From: Winogradskyella sp.
Lineage (GTDB): Bacteria > Bacteroidota > Bacteroidia > Flavobacteriales > Flavobacteriaceae
DNA length: 64,000 nucleotides
Reading direction: 5' to 3'
NCBI RefSeq assembly: GCF_965656915.1
Contig: NZ_CBFHMI010000004.1
Location: forward strand, 14,125 to 78,124
Made by a program: the position numbers and the translations under genes. The notes below the pieces were generated by a model, which did no database searches, was not told where the DNA came from, and was given only the letters and a program-made list of their open reading frames with translations. Within the stretch, counting starts at the first letter, position 1. Every line of letters starts with the position of its first letter. Below are positions 38,668-48,845 of the stretch, piece after piece.

Positions 38668-41100
38668 ATGAAACAAATAATTCTATATATATCGGTTTTA
38701 CTATTTACGGTATCAATAGCTGCACAAAATTCAAGCCGAACCTATAAATCGCATAATGAAGAAAACAACATATTTTCGGTGACAACCAACGATGGTAAAT
38801 ATATGTTCAAGTTTTATTCAAAAGACATACTTGAAACAAGTTTTATTCCAAATGGTGAGAGTCAACAAAATGAATCACATGCCGTAGTGATGCAACCAGA
38901 GGCTGTAGAAACTTCTTATAGCTATGTAGGAGATGATATCACATTTGCAAGTGAAGGCATAGCTGTTACTGTTACCACTAAACCTTTTAAAATCAGCTAT
39001 AAATACAAAGACCAACTCATCACATCCGAAAACCGTGGCTATTACAAAAGTGTACACCAACCCATGGACATGGTAAAAGGCAATATTGTAGCCGATTCGA
39101 CCGAAAAAATAGAATTCAACCTCACCAAAGATGAAGTTTTATATGGTGGAGGTGCAAGAGCCTTAGGTATGAATCGCAGAGGCAATCGTTTACCATTATT
39201 CAACAGAGCGCATTACGGCTATGAAACCGAATCTAAACTGATGAATTTCACCATGCCTATTGTACTGTCATCAAATAAATACATGATTCATTTCGATAAC
39301 GCACCAATTGGATATTTAGATTTAGACAGTAAAGGTGATAATACGTTGACTTACGAAACTGTGTCAGGTCGTAAAACCTATCAAGTCATTGTTGGAGACA
39401 CATGGTATGACATCATGGATAATTACACCAACTTAACAGGAAAACAACCCATGTTACCACGTTGGGCATTAGGTAATTTTTCAAGTCGATTTGGCTACCA
39501 TTCGCAAGAAGAAGTAGAAACGACGATTGATAAGTCTAAGGAAGAAGAAATTCCAGTCGATGCTATTATTCTCGATTTATACTGGTTTGGAAAGGATATA
39601 AAAGGAACTATGGGAAATCTTGAATTTGATAAAGATTCATTTCCTACTCCAAAGCAAATGATTAAAAATTTGAAGTCTAAAAATGTCGAAACCATATTAA
39701 TTACAGAACCTTTTATTTTAACCACATCTCACCGTTGGGAAGAAGCAGTTAGAGAAGGTGTTTTAGCAAAAGATTCCATCGGAGATCCTGCTAAATATGA
39801 TTTCTACTTTGGTAATACAGGCATCATTGATATTTACAATCCAAAAGGTGAACAATGGTTTAAAAATATCTATAAGGGTTTAGCGAAAATGGGAGTCAAC
39901 GGATTTTGGGGAGATTTAGGTGAGCCAGAAGTGCATCCTAACTGGGTACAACATCATACAGGCTCAGCACCTGAAGTCCATAATATTTACGGACACGATT
40001 GGGCAAAATTAGTTTATGAAGCTAGTATAGAAGCCAACTCAAATAAACGACCATTTGTTCTCATGAGAGCAGGTTATTCTGGCTCACAACGCTATGGGAT
40101 GGTACCTTGGTCTGGTGATGTGAACCGAACTTGGGGAGGCTTGCAGAGTCAGCCAGAAATAGCATTACAGATGGGCATGCAAGGTTTGGCCTATATGCAC
40201 TCTGATTTAGGCGGATTTGCTGGAGCCAACTTAGATGATGAATTGTATGTGCGTTGGTTGCAATATGGAGTATTTAATCCAATTTTTAGACCACACGCAC
40301 AAGAAGATCTGGCAAGTGAACCGGTTTTTCGGAGCGATAAGGCAAAACGCTTAGCAAAGTTTGCCATAGAGATGCGTTATCGCATGCTACCTTATAATTA
40401 TCATTTAATGGCTGAAAATCATATTGACGGTAAACCGTTAATGCGACCATTATTTTTCGAAGAACCAAATAATCCTGAGCTTTTCAACTATTCAAAAACG
40501 TATTTATGGGGAAATGATATTTTGGTTTCGCCTGTTTTAGAAGCAGGAAAAAAAGAACAGAAACTTTATTTTCCAAAAGGTTCTTATTGGTTTAATATTG
40601 AGAATGATAAATTAATCGAAGGCGGACAAACCAAAACAATAGAATTAAATGAAGCCTTCATTCCAACTTATGTTAGAGCAGGTGCGTTTATTCCGTTGGC
40701 TAAGTCGATGCAATCTACAAAGGATTACGACGCTAACTTTATTCAATTACAGTATTATCATCATGAATCAGTTGAAGAATCAGAACGTGAGTTTTACTTT
40801 GATGATGGTAAAATGGTTAATGCTATTGAAAAAGAACAATATCAAATTCTAGAATTTGAAGCTGAGATTGAAGGCCGTTGGTTAGAAATTGACTTCGAAG
40901 CTGAAATTGGTAAAAATTATGCATCAGAAACAAAAACTGTAGAGTTAGTGATTCATAATATTGCCAAGAAACCAAAACGAATAAAAATTGGTAATGACAA
41001 AGTCAATGGCATATATAATGAAGACTATAATACCTTAACCTTAACTATCTCTTGGGATACCAAGGAAGACAAACAAATCAAAATCAAACTTAAAAGATAA
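38668..41100 (+). CDS. GH31 alpha-glucosidase family protein
   Basis: ILDLYW, WGDLGEPE, WSGDV, SDLGGF, RPHAQ, MRPLFF. Confidence 0.9.
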   Translation: MKQIILYISVLLFTVSIAAQNSSRTYKSHNEENNIFSVTTNDGKYMFKFYSKDILETSFIPNGESQQNESHAVVMQPEAVETSYSYVGDDITFASEGIAVTVTTKPFKISYKYKDQLITSENRGYYKSVHQPMDMVKGNIVADSTEKIEFNLTKDEVLYGGGARALGMNRRGNRLPLFNRAHYGYETESKLMNFTMPIVLSSNKYMIHFDNAPIGYLDLDSKGDNTLTYETVSGRKTYQVIVGDTWYDIMDNYTNLTGKQPMLPRWALGNFSSRFGYHSQEEVETTIDKSKEEEIPVDAIILDLYWFGKDIKGTMGNLEFDKDSFPTPKQMIKNLKSKNVETILITEPFILTTSHRWEEAVREGVLAKDSIGDPAKYDFYFGNTGIIDIYNPKGEQWFKNIYKGLAKMGVNGFWGDLGEPEVHPNWVQHHTGSAPEVHNIYGHDWAKLVYEASIEANSNKRPFVLMRAGYSGSQRYGMVPWSGDVNRTWGGLQSQPEIALQMGMQGLAYMHSDLGGFAGANLDDELYVRWLQYGVFNPIFRPHAQEDLASEPVFRSDKAKRLAKFAIEMRYRMLPYNYHLMAENHIDGKPLMRPLFFEEPNNPELFNYSKTYLWGNDILVSPVLEAGKKEQKLYFPKGSYWFNIENDKLIEGGQTKTIELNEAFIPTYVRAGAFIPLAKSMQSTKDYDANFIQLQYYHHESVEESEREFYFDDGKMVNAIEKEQYQILEFEAEIEGRWLEIDFEAEIGKNYASETKTVELVIHNIAKKPKRIKIGNDKVNGIYNEDYNTLTLTISWDTKEDKQIKIKLKR

Positions 41101-41105
41101 CCAGT

Positions 41106-41146
41106 TGTCATTTCGAGAGAACCAAGTATGAGTGACGAGAAATCTC
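41106..41146 (+). repeat. degenerate REP-like palindromic element
   Basis: TGTCATTTCGAG...CGAGAAATCTC resembles Flavobacteriaceae intergenic GTCAT-headed palindromes (recalled, not searched). Confidence 0.4.
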
Positions 41147-41156
41147 ATAATTAAAG

Positions 41157-43049
41157 ATGAAAAAACAAAATTTAGTTATAATCGGACTTTTGATATTAAG
41201 CACAATAGCATGTAAAGATGAATCTAATTCAACAACTACTGAGCCTAGTCAAAATAAAGAAATTAAAACGCAAATGAAGAAAAAAGAAGTCGTTTACCAA
41301 GTCTTTACACGTTTATTCGGTAACACAAATACCACCAATAAACCTTGGGGAACACTAGAAGAAAATGGAGTAGGAAAGTTTAATGACTTTACAGATAAAG
41401 CTTTAGAAGAAATTAAAGATTTAGGCGTGACACATATTTGGTATACTGGAGTGCCGCATCACGATGTGATTACTGAGTACACCAAATACGGCATTTCAAA
41501 CGACGATCCAGATATTGTAAAGGGTCGCGCAGGTTCACCATATGCGGTTAAGGATTATTATAATGTCAATCCAGATTTAGCAGAAAACGTGGACAACAGA
41601 CTACAAGAGTTTGAATCTTTAATAGAAAGAACGCACAACGCAGGCCTAAAAGTCATTATAGACATTGTCCCTAATCACGTAGCTCGTAATTACCAAAGTT
41701 TAACCAATCCGGAAGGTACTAGTGATTTTGGTGCGGAGGATGATAAAACAAAAACCTACGATGTAAATAACAACTTCTACTACAATCCAGGAGAAACTTT
41801 TAAAGTCCCTGAGTGGAAAAACGGTTACCAACCTTTAGGAGGTGAAGATCATCCCATGGCAGACGGTAAATTTTCAGAAGTCCCAGCGAAATGGACAGGA
41901 AACGGATCACGAGCATCACAACCCGATATGAACGATTGGTACGAAACCGTAAAAGTAAATTATGGTGTATCACCAGATAGCAAAAAAGACTTTGACGAAT
42001 TGCCAGAAGGTTTTGATAATGAAGATTATAAAAAGCATTACGAATTTTGGAAAGACAAAACCATACCAAGTTCATGGAAAAAGTTTAAAGACATTGCCTT
42101 ATACTGGACGGCAAAGGGTGTTGATGGCTTCCGGTTTGATATGGCAGAAATGGTACCAGTAGAATTCTGGAGTTATATGAATTCGCATATAAAAATGAAA
42201 AATCCAGATGCGTTTTTGTTAGCTGAGGTTTATAATCCGAGTTTATATCGCGATTACATTAAAAAAGGTAAAATGGATTATTTGTATGATAAAGTTCAGT
42301 TGTATGATACATTAAAACACGTCATGCAAGGTCACGGAAAAACCGATAATATTCCACCAATATTAGATGACTTAAGTGATATTGAGCATCACATGCTTCA
42401 TTTTTTAGAAAACCATGATGAACAACGCATTGCAAGTCCAGATTTTGCAGGTGATGCTTTAAAAGGAAAACCAGCAATGGTGGTCTCAGCAACCTCTACT
42501 ACAGCACCAACGATGGTGTATTTTGGACAGGAATTTGGCGAGCCTGGCGCAGAAGATTTAGGTTTTGGAGACCCAACCAGAACATCGATTTTCGATTATG
42601 GCGCTGTACCAAGTATGGTAAGATGGGTAAATGATAAACAATTCGATGGAGGTCAATCCACCAAGGAAGAATTAGAACTTCGAGATTTTTATAAGCGTCT
42701 ATTAAACTTTACGATTAATAGTTCTGCACTCATGGGTGATTATCAAGATATCCATTTATACAATCAGCAAAATACAGAATGGTATAATGATAAGGTGTTT
42801 AGTTTTGTGCGTTGGTCTGATGATGAACAACTGATTATCGTTTCCAACTTTAATGCGGAAAACACCTTTGGATTTGAATTACAATTACCAGAAGATTTGG
42901 TTAAAAAATTAAAACTTAAAGATGGTGAATATCTTGTGAAAGATCAATTATATAATGAGTACAATTCAACTTTAAAAGTTAAAAATGGTAAAGCACAAGT
43001 ACGAGTTGACATTAAGCCATTACAATCATTTATTCTGAAAATAGAATAG
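41157..43049 (+). CDS. GH13 alpha-amylase family lipoprotein
   Basis: YQVFTRLFGN, GRAGSPYAVKDYY, DIVPNH, DGFRFDMAE, AEVY, NHDE. Confidence 0.9.
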   Translation: MKKQNLVIIGLLILSTIACKDESNSTTTEPSQNKEIKTQMKKKEVVYQVFTRLFGNTNTTNKPWGTLEENGVGKFNDFTDKALEEIKDLGVTHIWYTGVPHHDVITEYTKYGISNDDPDIVKGRAGSPYAVKDYYNVNPDLAENVDNRLQEFESLIERTHNAGLKVIIDIVPNHVARNYQSLTNPEGTSDFGAEDDKTKTYDVNNNFYYNPGETFKVPEWKNGYQPLGGEDHPMADGKFSEVPAKWTGNGSRASQPDMNDWYETVKVNYGVSPDSKKDFDELPEGFDNEDYKKHYEFWKDKTIPSSWKKFKDIALYWTAKGVDGFRFDMAEMVPVEFWSYMNSHIKMKNPDAFLLAEVYNPSLYRDYIKKGKMDYLYDKVQLYDTLKHVMQGHGKTDNIPPILDDLSDIEHHMLHFLENHDEQRIASPDFAGDALKGKPAMVVSATSTTAPTMVYFGQEFGEPGAEDLGFGDPTRTSIFDYGAVPSMVRWVNDKQFDGGQSTKEELELRDFYKRLLNFTINSSALMGDYQDIHLYNQQNTEWYNDKVFSFVRWSDDEQLIIVSNFNAENTFGFELQLPEDLVKKLKLKDGEYLVKDQLYNEYNSTLKVKNGKAQVRVDIKPLQSFILKIE

Positions 43050-43061
43050 GAACTAAACAAA

Positions 43062-44459
43062 ATGAAAAACTTACTAATCTTGGCTTGTGTAGTGTTTAGT
43101 GTTTGGTCTTGTTCAAACAAAAATAAATCTATGTCCTCTTTTGAACAAAGTTCTAATTTAGACAAGTACCAACCTGAAGATTATGTGAAATTACCCCATC
43201 CTGAATGGACTAAAAACTCGACGATTTATCAACTAAACACGAGACAATTTAGTGAAGAAGGCACTTTTAAAGCCGCTCAAAAACAACTACCAAGACTTAA
43301 AGATTTAGGTGTAGATATTATCTGGCTGATGCCAATTCATACCATTGGAGAAAAAAATAGAAAAGGAAGTTTAGGAAGTCCATATTCAGTAAAAGACTAT
43401 TACAGTGTCAATCCAGAGTTCGGTACTCTTCAAGATTTAAAAGATTTTGTAAATGCAGCACATCAGCAAGATATGTATGTCATTTTAGATTGGGTGGCTA
43501 ATCATACCGCTTGGGATAATCATTTGGTAACCGAACATCCGGATTGGTACGATAAAGATTATAAAGGTGATTTTAGACCAACACCTTGGTGGGATTGGAG
43601 TGATATTATTGATTTAGATTACAACAAGCCAGAAGTAAGACAATACATGACGGAAGCTTTAAAATATTGGGTAAAAGAAGCTAATGTAGATGGTTACCGT
43701 TGTGACGTTGCAGGATTTGTTCCGATAGAATTTTGGAATAACGTCCGTAAAGAATTAGACGCTATAAAACCCGTTTTTATGTTGGCGGAATGGGAATCGA
43801 GAGATCTTCACGCTGAAGCATTTGACATGACCTATGCTTGGAGCTGGAATGAAGCGGTTCACAACATATGTAAAGGGCAAGCCGATGTAAATAAATTGTA
43901 TGTCTATTATTCGTGGAACGAGAGTGCATTTCCAGAGAATAGCATGCGCATGACGTTCGTTAGCAATCATGATAAAAACGCATGGGAAGGTACCATGTAT
44001 GAGCAATTTGGTGACGGTTTAGAGGCGGCAATAGCCTTATCAGTTATTGGTGAAGGTATGCCACTTATGTATAACGGTCAGGAGGCTGGTAATGAAAAAC
44101 GATTAGAGTTTTTTGAAAAAGATGCTATTAATTGGCAGTCGCATCCGATAGGCGATTTATATCAGAAGCTGTTCCGTTTAATGAAACAAAATACAGCATT
44201 ATGGCATGCTAAATGGGGCAACAGAATGATAAAAGTCCCTAATAATTTCGAAAGTGATGTATTTAGCTTTGTACGACAAAATGATAAGGATAAAGTGTTT
44301 GCGGTATTTAATTTTTCACCAACAAAGAAAGCTGTTAAATTTAAAGAAGCCCTTTATCAAGGTAATTACAGAGATTTTGAATCTGAAGAAAGCCTAGTTT
44401 TGGATGAAAACACAATTCTAGATTTAAAACCTTGGAGCTATAAAATATATATCAAATAA
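43062..44459 (+). CDS. GH13 alpha-amylase family lipoprotein
   Basis: IYQLNTRQF, GSPYSVKDY, DWVANH, DGYRCDVA, AEW, NHD. Confidence 0.9.
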   Translation: MKNLLILACVVFSVWSCSNKNKSMSSFEQSSNLDKYQPEDYVKLPHPEWTKNSTIYQLNTRQFSEEGTFKAAQKQLPRLKDLGVDIIWLMPIHTIGEKNRKGSLGSPYSVKDYYSVNPEFGTLQDLKDFVNAAHQQDMYVILDWVANHTAWDNHLVTEHPDWYDKDYKGDFRPTPWWDWSDIIDLDYNKPEVRQYMTEALKYWVKEANVDGYRCDVAGFVPIEFWNNVRKELDAIKPVFMLAEWESRDLHAEAFDMTYAWSWNEAVHNICKGQADVNKLYVYYSWNESAFPENSMRMTFVSNHDKNAWEGTMYEQFGDGLEAAIALSVIGEGMPLMYNGQEAGNEKRLEFFEKDAINWQSHPIGDLYQKLFRLMKQNTALWHAKWGNRMIKVPNNFESDVFSFVRQNDKDKVFAVFNFSPTKKAVKFKEALYQGNYRDFESEESLVLDENTILDLKPWSYKIYIK

Positions 44460-44474
44460 AACCTAATTGTAATA

Positions 44475-46154
44475 ATGAAAATTAGAATCACATTAATAAT
44501 ACTCAGCCTAATGCTCACAAATTGTAAGAACAACCCTAAAGCGGCGGATGTAAAAGCAAATTTAGTTGACCCTTCTGGCTCTGATGCACCCTTTATTTGG
44601 GAAGGAGCGAATCTTTATTTTTTACTAACCGATCGTTTTAATAATGGCTATACCTCAAATGATATCAACTTTGATAGAACAAAAGAAACTGGCAAATTAA
44701 GAGGGTTCAAAGGAGGTGATATCAAAGGAATAACTCAAAAAGTAAAAGAAGGCTATTTTACAGATTTAGGCATCAATGCCATTTGGATGACACCAATTGT
44801 TGAGCAAATACATGGCGGAACCGATGAAGGTACAGGTGTTACTTATGGATTTCATGGCTATTGGGCAAAAGACTGGACACGTATAGATCCTAATTTTGGT
44901 ACAAAGGAAGATTTACACGAGTTGGTTAAAGAAGCGCACGCTAAAGGTATTAGAATTGTATTAGATGCGGTTATTAATCATACAGGACCTGTTACAGAGA
45001 AAGACCCAGTTTGGCCAAATGATTGGGTGCGTACTGATAAACAATGTTCTTACGACAACTACGAAAACACGGTGAGTTGCACATTGGTTGCAAACCTTCC
45101 GGATATTAGAACTGAAAGTAATGAGAATGTCGATTTACCATCGCAACTAGTTGAAAAATGGAAAACAGAAGGACGTTACGAACAAGAAATTAAAGAACTT
45201 GATGCGTTTTTCGAAAGAACGGGCTATCCTAGAGCTCCTCGTTTTTATATCATTAAATGGTTAACGGATTACATTACAGAATTTGGTGTGGATGGTTACA
45301 GAGCAGATACTGTTAAACATACCGAAGCCTATGTATGGGAGGAATTTAAAACAGAGTGCGATTATGCATTTTCTGAATATAAAAAGAATAATCCTGACAA
45401 AGTTCTAGATGACAATGACTTCTATTTGGTTGGTGAAGTATACAACTATGGCATTAGCGGTGGGAAATTTTTCGATTATGGCGATAAAAAAGTAAACTAT
45501 TACGATAACATGTTCTCTGGTCAAATAAATTTTGAATTTAAATGGAACGCAAAAGAATTTGATTATCAAAATCTTTACATGAGATATTCAACTGTTTTGA
45601 ATAATGAATTAAAACGTTTTGGAGTCTTAAACTATTTAAGTTCTCATGATGATGGAAGTCCATTTGACCCATCTCGAGAAAAGCCATTAGAAACTGCCAA
45701 CAAACTTTTGTTATCTCCTGGAACTTCTCAAGTATATTATGGTGATGAATCGGCTAGGTCATTGATAATAGAAGGAACTGTAGGTGATGCGACATTACGT
45801 TCTTTTATGAATTGGGATGATATACAAGAAAGTGGTAAGACTAAAGATATTCTAACCCACTGGCAGAAACTAGGTCAGTTTAGAGCTAAACATCCTGCGA
45901 TTGGTGCTGGGATTCATCAAATGATTACTTCACAACCCTATTACTTTTACAGAAGCTACCAAAAAGATGACTTTAAAGATCTAGTGGTAGTTGGTTTGGA
46001 TGTACACAAAGGACCTAAATCGATTGATGTATCTAAAATATTTAAAGACGGTGATACGTTACACGATGCGTATTCAGGTATAACTTCTAAAGTAGAAAAC
46101 GGTCGGGTAGCAATAGATTCAGACTATGATGTTGTATTATTAGAACAGAAATAA
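44475..46154 (+). CDS. GH13 alpha-amylase family lipoprotein
   Basis: YFLLTDRF, GFHGYW, DAVINH, DGYRADTVKH, GEVY, SHDD. Confidence 0.9.
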   Translation: MKIRITLIILSLMLTNCKNNPKAADVKANLVDPSGSDAPFIWEGANLYFLLTDRFNNGYTSNDINFDRTKETGKLRGFKGGDIKGITQKVKEGYFTDLGINAIWMTPIVEQIHGGTDEGTGVTYGFHGYWAKDWTRIDPNFGTKEDLHELVKEAHAKGIRIVLDAVINHTGPVTEKDPVWPNDWVRTDKQCSYDNYENTVSCTLVANLPDIRTESNENVDLPSQLVEKWKTEGRYEQEIKELDAFFERTGYPRAPRFYIIKWLTDYITEFGVDGYRADTVKHTEAYVWEEFKTECDYAFSEYKKNNPDKVLDDNDFYLVGEVYNYGISGGKFFDYGDKKVNYYDNMFSGQINFEFKWNAKEFDYQNLYMRYSTVLNNELKRFGVLNYLSSHDDGSPFDPSREKPLETANKLLLSPGTSQVYYGDESARSLIIEGTVGDATLRSFMNWDDIQESGKTKDILTHWQKLGQFRAKHPAIGAGIHQMITSQPYYFYRSYQKDDFKDLVVVGLDVHKGPKSIDVSKIFKDGDTLHDAYSGITSKVENGRVAIDSDYDVVLLEQK

Positions 46155-46156
46155 TT

Positions 46157-48274
46157 ATGAAATTTCATTTATTAAAAACTTTAGCAATACTGTTTTTGTT
46201 CTCATGTTCTAATGAGGACAATCTAGTTGTAGAAAGTGAATCTCCGAACAACGCAATTAAGGTGAATTTTAGTTTAAATAATCAAGGACGACCGTATTAC
46301 GTTATTCATTTCAAAAATAGTGTCATTGTTGATACCTCTTATATGGCTTTTGAATTTAAAGATTCAAAATTATTAACTGATAATTTTAAGATTTTACGAA
46401 CTTCAAAAACATCTTTGAATGAAACCTGGCAAATGCCTTGGGGAGAACAAATTGATGTGGTTAATAATTACAATCAACTTAAGATTGAGCTCCAAGAAAT
46501 CTCAGATTTAAAACGAAAATTAAACATCGTTTTTAAAGTCTACGATGATGGTATAGGTTTTCGTTATGAATTCCCAGAGCAAGAAGGTTGGACAGAAGCT
46601 TTAATAAAAGAAGAGCACACGGAATTTAATCTTACTGAAGATTATAAAACGTTTTGGATACCTGGCGATTGGGATATCTATGAACATTTATATAGTACAA
46701 CAGAACTTTCAGAAATAGATGCTAAGGCGTATGCTGAACACGTGAATTTAGCACAAACATATATTCCTGAAAATGCGGTTAATACACCAGTAACTATGGT
46801 TGGTAAAAATGGAATTCATTTAAGTTTTCATGAAGCTGCATTAGTAAATTATTCTGGTATGACTTTGAAAGTTGATACTGAGAATTTGAATCTCAAAAGT
46901 GAATTAGTAGGTTCAGAAAACACAGATTATAAGGTTAAGCGAAGTTTGCCATTTAATACACCGTGGAGAACTATTCAGATTACAGATAACGCACCAGATT
47001 TAATAGCATCTAATCTTATTGTAAATTTAAATGAACCCAATAAAATTGGTGACGTATCATGGTTCACACCTATGAAATATACAGGTGTTTGGTGGGAAAT
47101 GCACTTAGGAAAATCCTCTTGGGACTATGGCATGACACAAGATATGAATACGTGGACCGACCCAGGAAAGTCCAACGGAACCCATGGAGCAACTACAGAA
47201 AATGTAAAGCGATTTATTGACTTTTCAGCTAATAACAATATAGGTGGAGTTTTAGTAGAAGGTTGGAATACAGGCTGGGAGCATTGGATAGGCTTTGAAG
47301 AAAGAGAAGGTGTCTTTGATTTTGTAACTCCATACCCAGATTACGATATTGATGAAGTGACACGCTATGCTAAAGAAAAAGATGTAGAAATCATAATGCA
47401 TCATGAGACCTCTGCAGCCACAGAAACCTATGAAAAACGGCGGGACACGGCTTACGCACTAATGCAGAAGTATGGTATGCACGCCGTAAAATCAGGATAT
47501 GTTGGTAAGATTTTACCAAAAGGAGAATATCACCATGGGCAGTATATGGTTAATCAATATAATAATGCAGCTATCAAAGCTGCTGAATATGAAGTTGCCG
47601 TTAATGCGCACGAACCTATTAAAGCAACAGGTTTAAGACGAACATATCCAAATATTATTTCGCGAGAAGGTCTAAGAGGACAAGAATTTAATGCCTGGGC
47701 AGAAGATGGAGGTAATCCACCTGAGCATTTGCCAATTGTTGCATTCACAAGAATGTTGGCTGGTCCTATTGATTTTACACCTGGAATATTCAATATTAAA
47801 TTCGACGAATACAAACAAAATAATCAGGTCAATACAACCTTAGCACAGCAATTAGCCTTGTATGTTGTGATTTATAGTCCTATACAAATGGCCGCTGATT
47901 TAGTAGAGCATTACGAAGCTAACCCAGAACCATTGCAGTTTATCCGAGATGTTGGCGTAGATTGGGAAAAATCCTTAGTTTTAAATGGCGAAGTTGGTGA
48001 TTATGTGACCATTGCAAGAAAAGAACGAGAAACCGGAAATTGGTTTGTTGGAGGAATAACTGATGAAAACTCTAGAGAAATTGAATTAAACTTTGATTTC
48101 TTAGATGAGTCAGAAAACTATAAGGTAATTATTTATAAAGATGGAGAAAATGCGCATTGGAACGATAATCCATTAGATATTGATATTCAAACTATTGAAA
48201 TAGATAAAAACTCTACCTTAAATGTAAAACTTGCTGAAGGTGGTGGTTTTGCCATAAGTTTGAAAAAGAAATAA
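46157..48274 (+). CDS. GH97 alpha-glucosidase (SusB-like)
   Basis: KY.GVWWEMH, LVEGWN.GW, HHET, VKSGYVG, AHEP, REG.RGQEF, P.DFTPG. Confidence 0.92.
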   Translation: MKFHLLKTLAILFLFSCSNEDNLVVESESPNNAIKVNFSLNNQGRPYYVIHFKNSVIVDTSYMAFEFKDSKLLTDNFKILRTSKTSLNETWQMPWGEQIDVVNNYNQLKIELQEISDLKRKLNIVFKVYDDGIGFRYEFPEQEGWTEALIKEEHTEFNLTEDYKTFWIPGDWDIYEHLYSTTELSEIDAKAYAEHVNLAQTYIPENAVNTPVTMVGKNGIHLSFHEAALVNYSGMTLKVDTENLNLKSELVGSENTDYKVKRSLPFNTPWRTIQITDNAPDLIASNLIVNLNEPNKIGDVSWFTPMKYTGVWWEMHLGKSSWDYGMTQDMNTWTDPGKSNGTHGATTENVKRFIDFSANNNIGGVLVEGWNTGWEHWIGFEEREGVFDFVTPYPDYDIDEVTRYAKEKDVEIIMHHETSAATETYEKRRDTAYALMQKYGMHAVKSGYVGKILPKGEYHHGQYMVNQYNNAAIKAAEYEVAVNAHEPIKATGLRRTYPNIISREGLRGQEFNAWAEDGGNPPEHLPIVAFTRMLAGPIDFTPGIFNIKFDEYKQNNQVNTTLAQQLALYVVIYSPIQMAADLVEHYEANPEPLQFIRDVGVDWEKSLVLNGEVGDYVTIARKERETGNWFVGGITDENSREIELNFDFLDESENYKVIIYKDGENAHWNDNPLDIDIQTIEIDKNSTLNVKLAEGGGFAISLKKK

Positions 48275-48286
48275 AAATTTGTCCCT

Positions 48287-48740
48287 ATGAAAAAATTAGT
48301 AACTTTACTACTATTAAGTACATTTTCAGTTGTGCTTAATGCGCAGATAGATGGAGTTGGTGTTAATACAACAGATCCCAAGAGTACTTTGGATATTAAT
48401 GGCAATTTGTCTATTAAACACATAAAACTCACACCCGTAGATGCTTCACTACAAGAGATAGATGATGGTGTATATATTTCCATAGAACCTTTTTCTTCAG
48501 GACAACAGTTTCGATTACCAGATGCAATAGAATTTCCAGGCAGACTATATTCTCAGAAATATAGATAATTCAAATGATGCTTCAATCGTCCCTCAAGGAA
48601 CAGGTGTTGAGTTTTTTGCAGGTGACAATAGTACTACCGGAACAACAAATGTAACTTTAAGTGGAGCCAACGTAACAACCAAAACTTTAATTTTTGTTAG
48701 TGACGGAGAAAACTGGACATACGGTCATCTTGGTTTTTAG
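48287..48740 (+). pseudogene. frameshifted secreted/surface protein
   Basis: Signal peptide + VGVNTTDP.STLDING; frame breaks at CTATAT (48545-48550); the shifted frame continues YILRNID...LIFVSDGENWTYGHLGF* to TAG at 48740. Confidence 0.75.
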
Positions 48741-48776
48741 TGCAATTTTAACAATCTCAAGTGTTACATTCTAATA

Positions 48777-48803
48777 TGTAAGATAGTCTCTTAAATAACG
48801 ACT
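48777..48803 (+). promoter_or_regulatory. putative ECF-sigma promoter
   Basis: TGTAAG-N16-CGACT upstream of the GAF gene. Confidence 0.4.
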
Positions 48804-48845
48804 ACTTATAATATTGTAACTTTGCTACTACATAACTTGAGTTTT

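Noticed and set aside
38668-43049. Apparently more C-ending codons in GH31/GH13, suggesting horizontal replacement
   Set aside because: Impression only; needs a GC3 or codon-usage calculation, and no boundary features were seen
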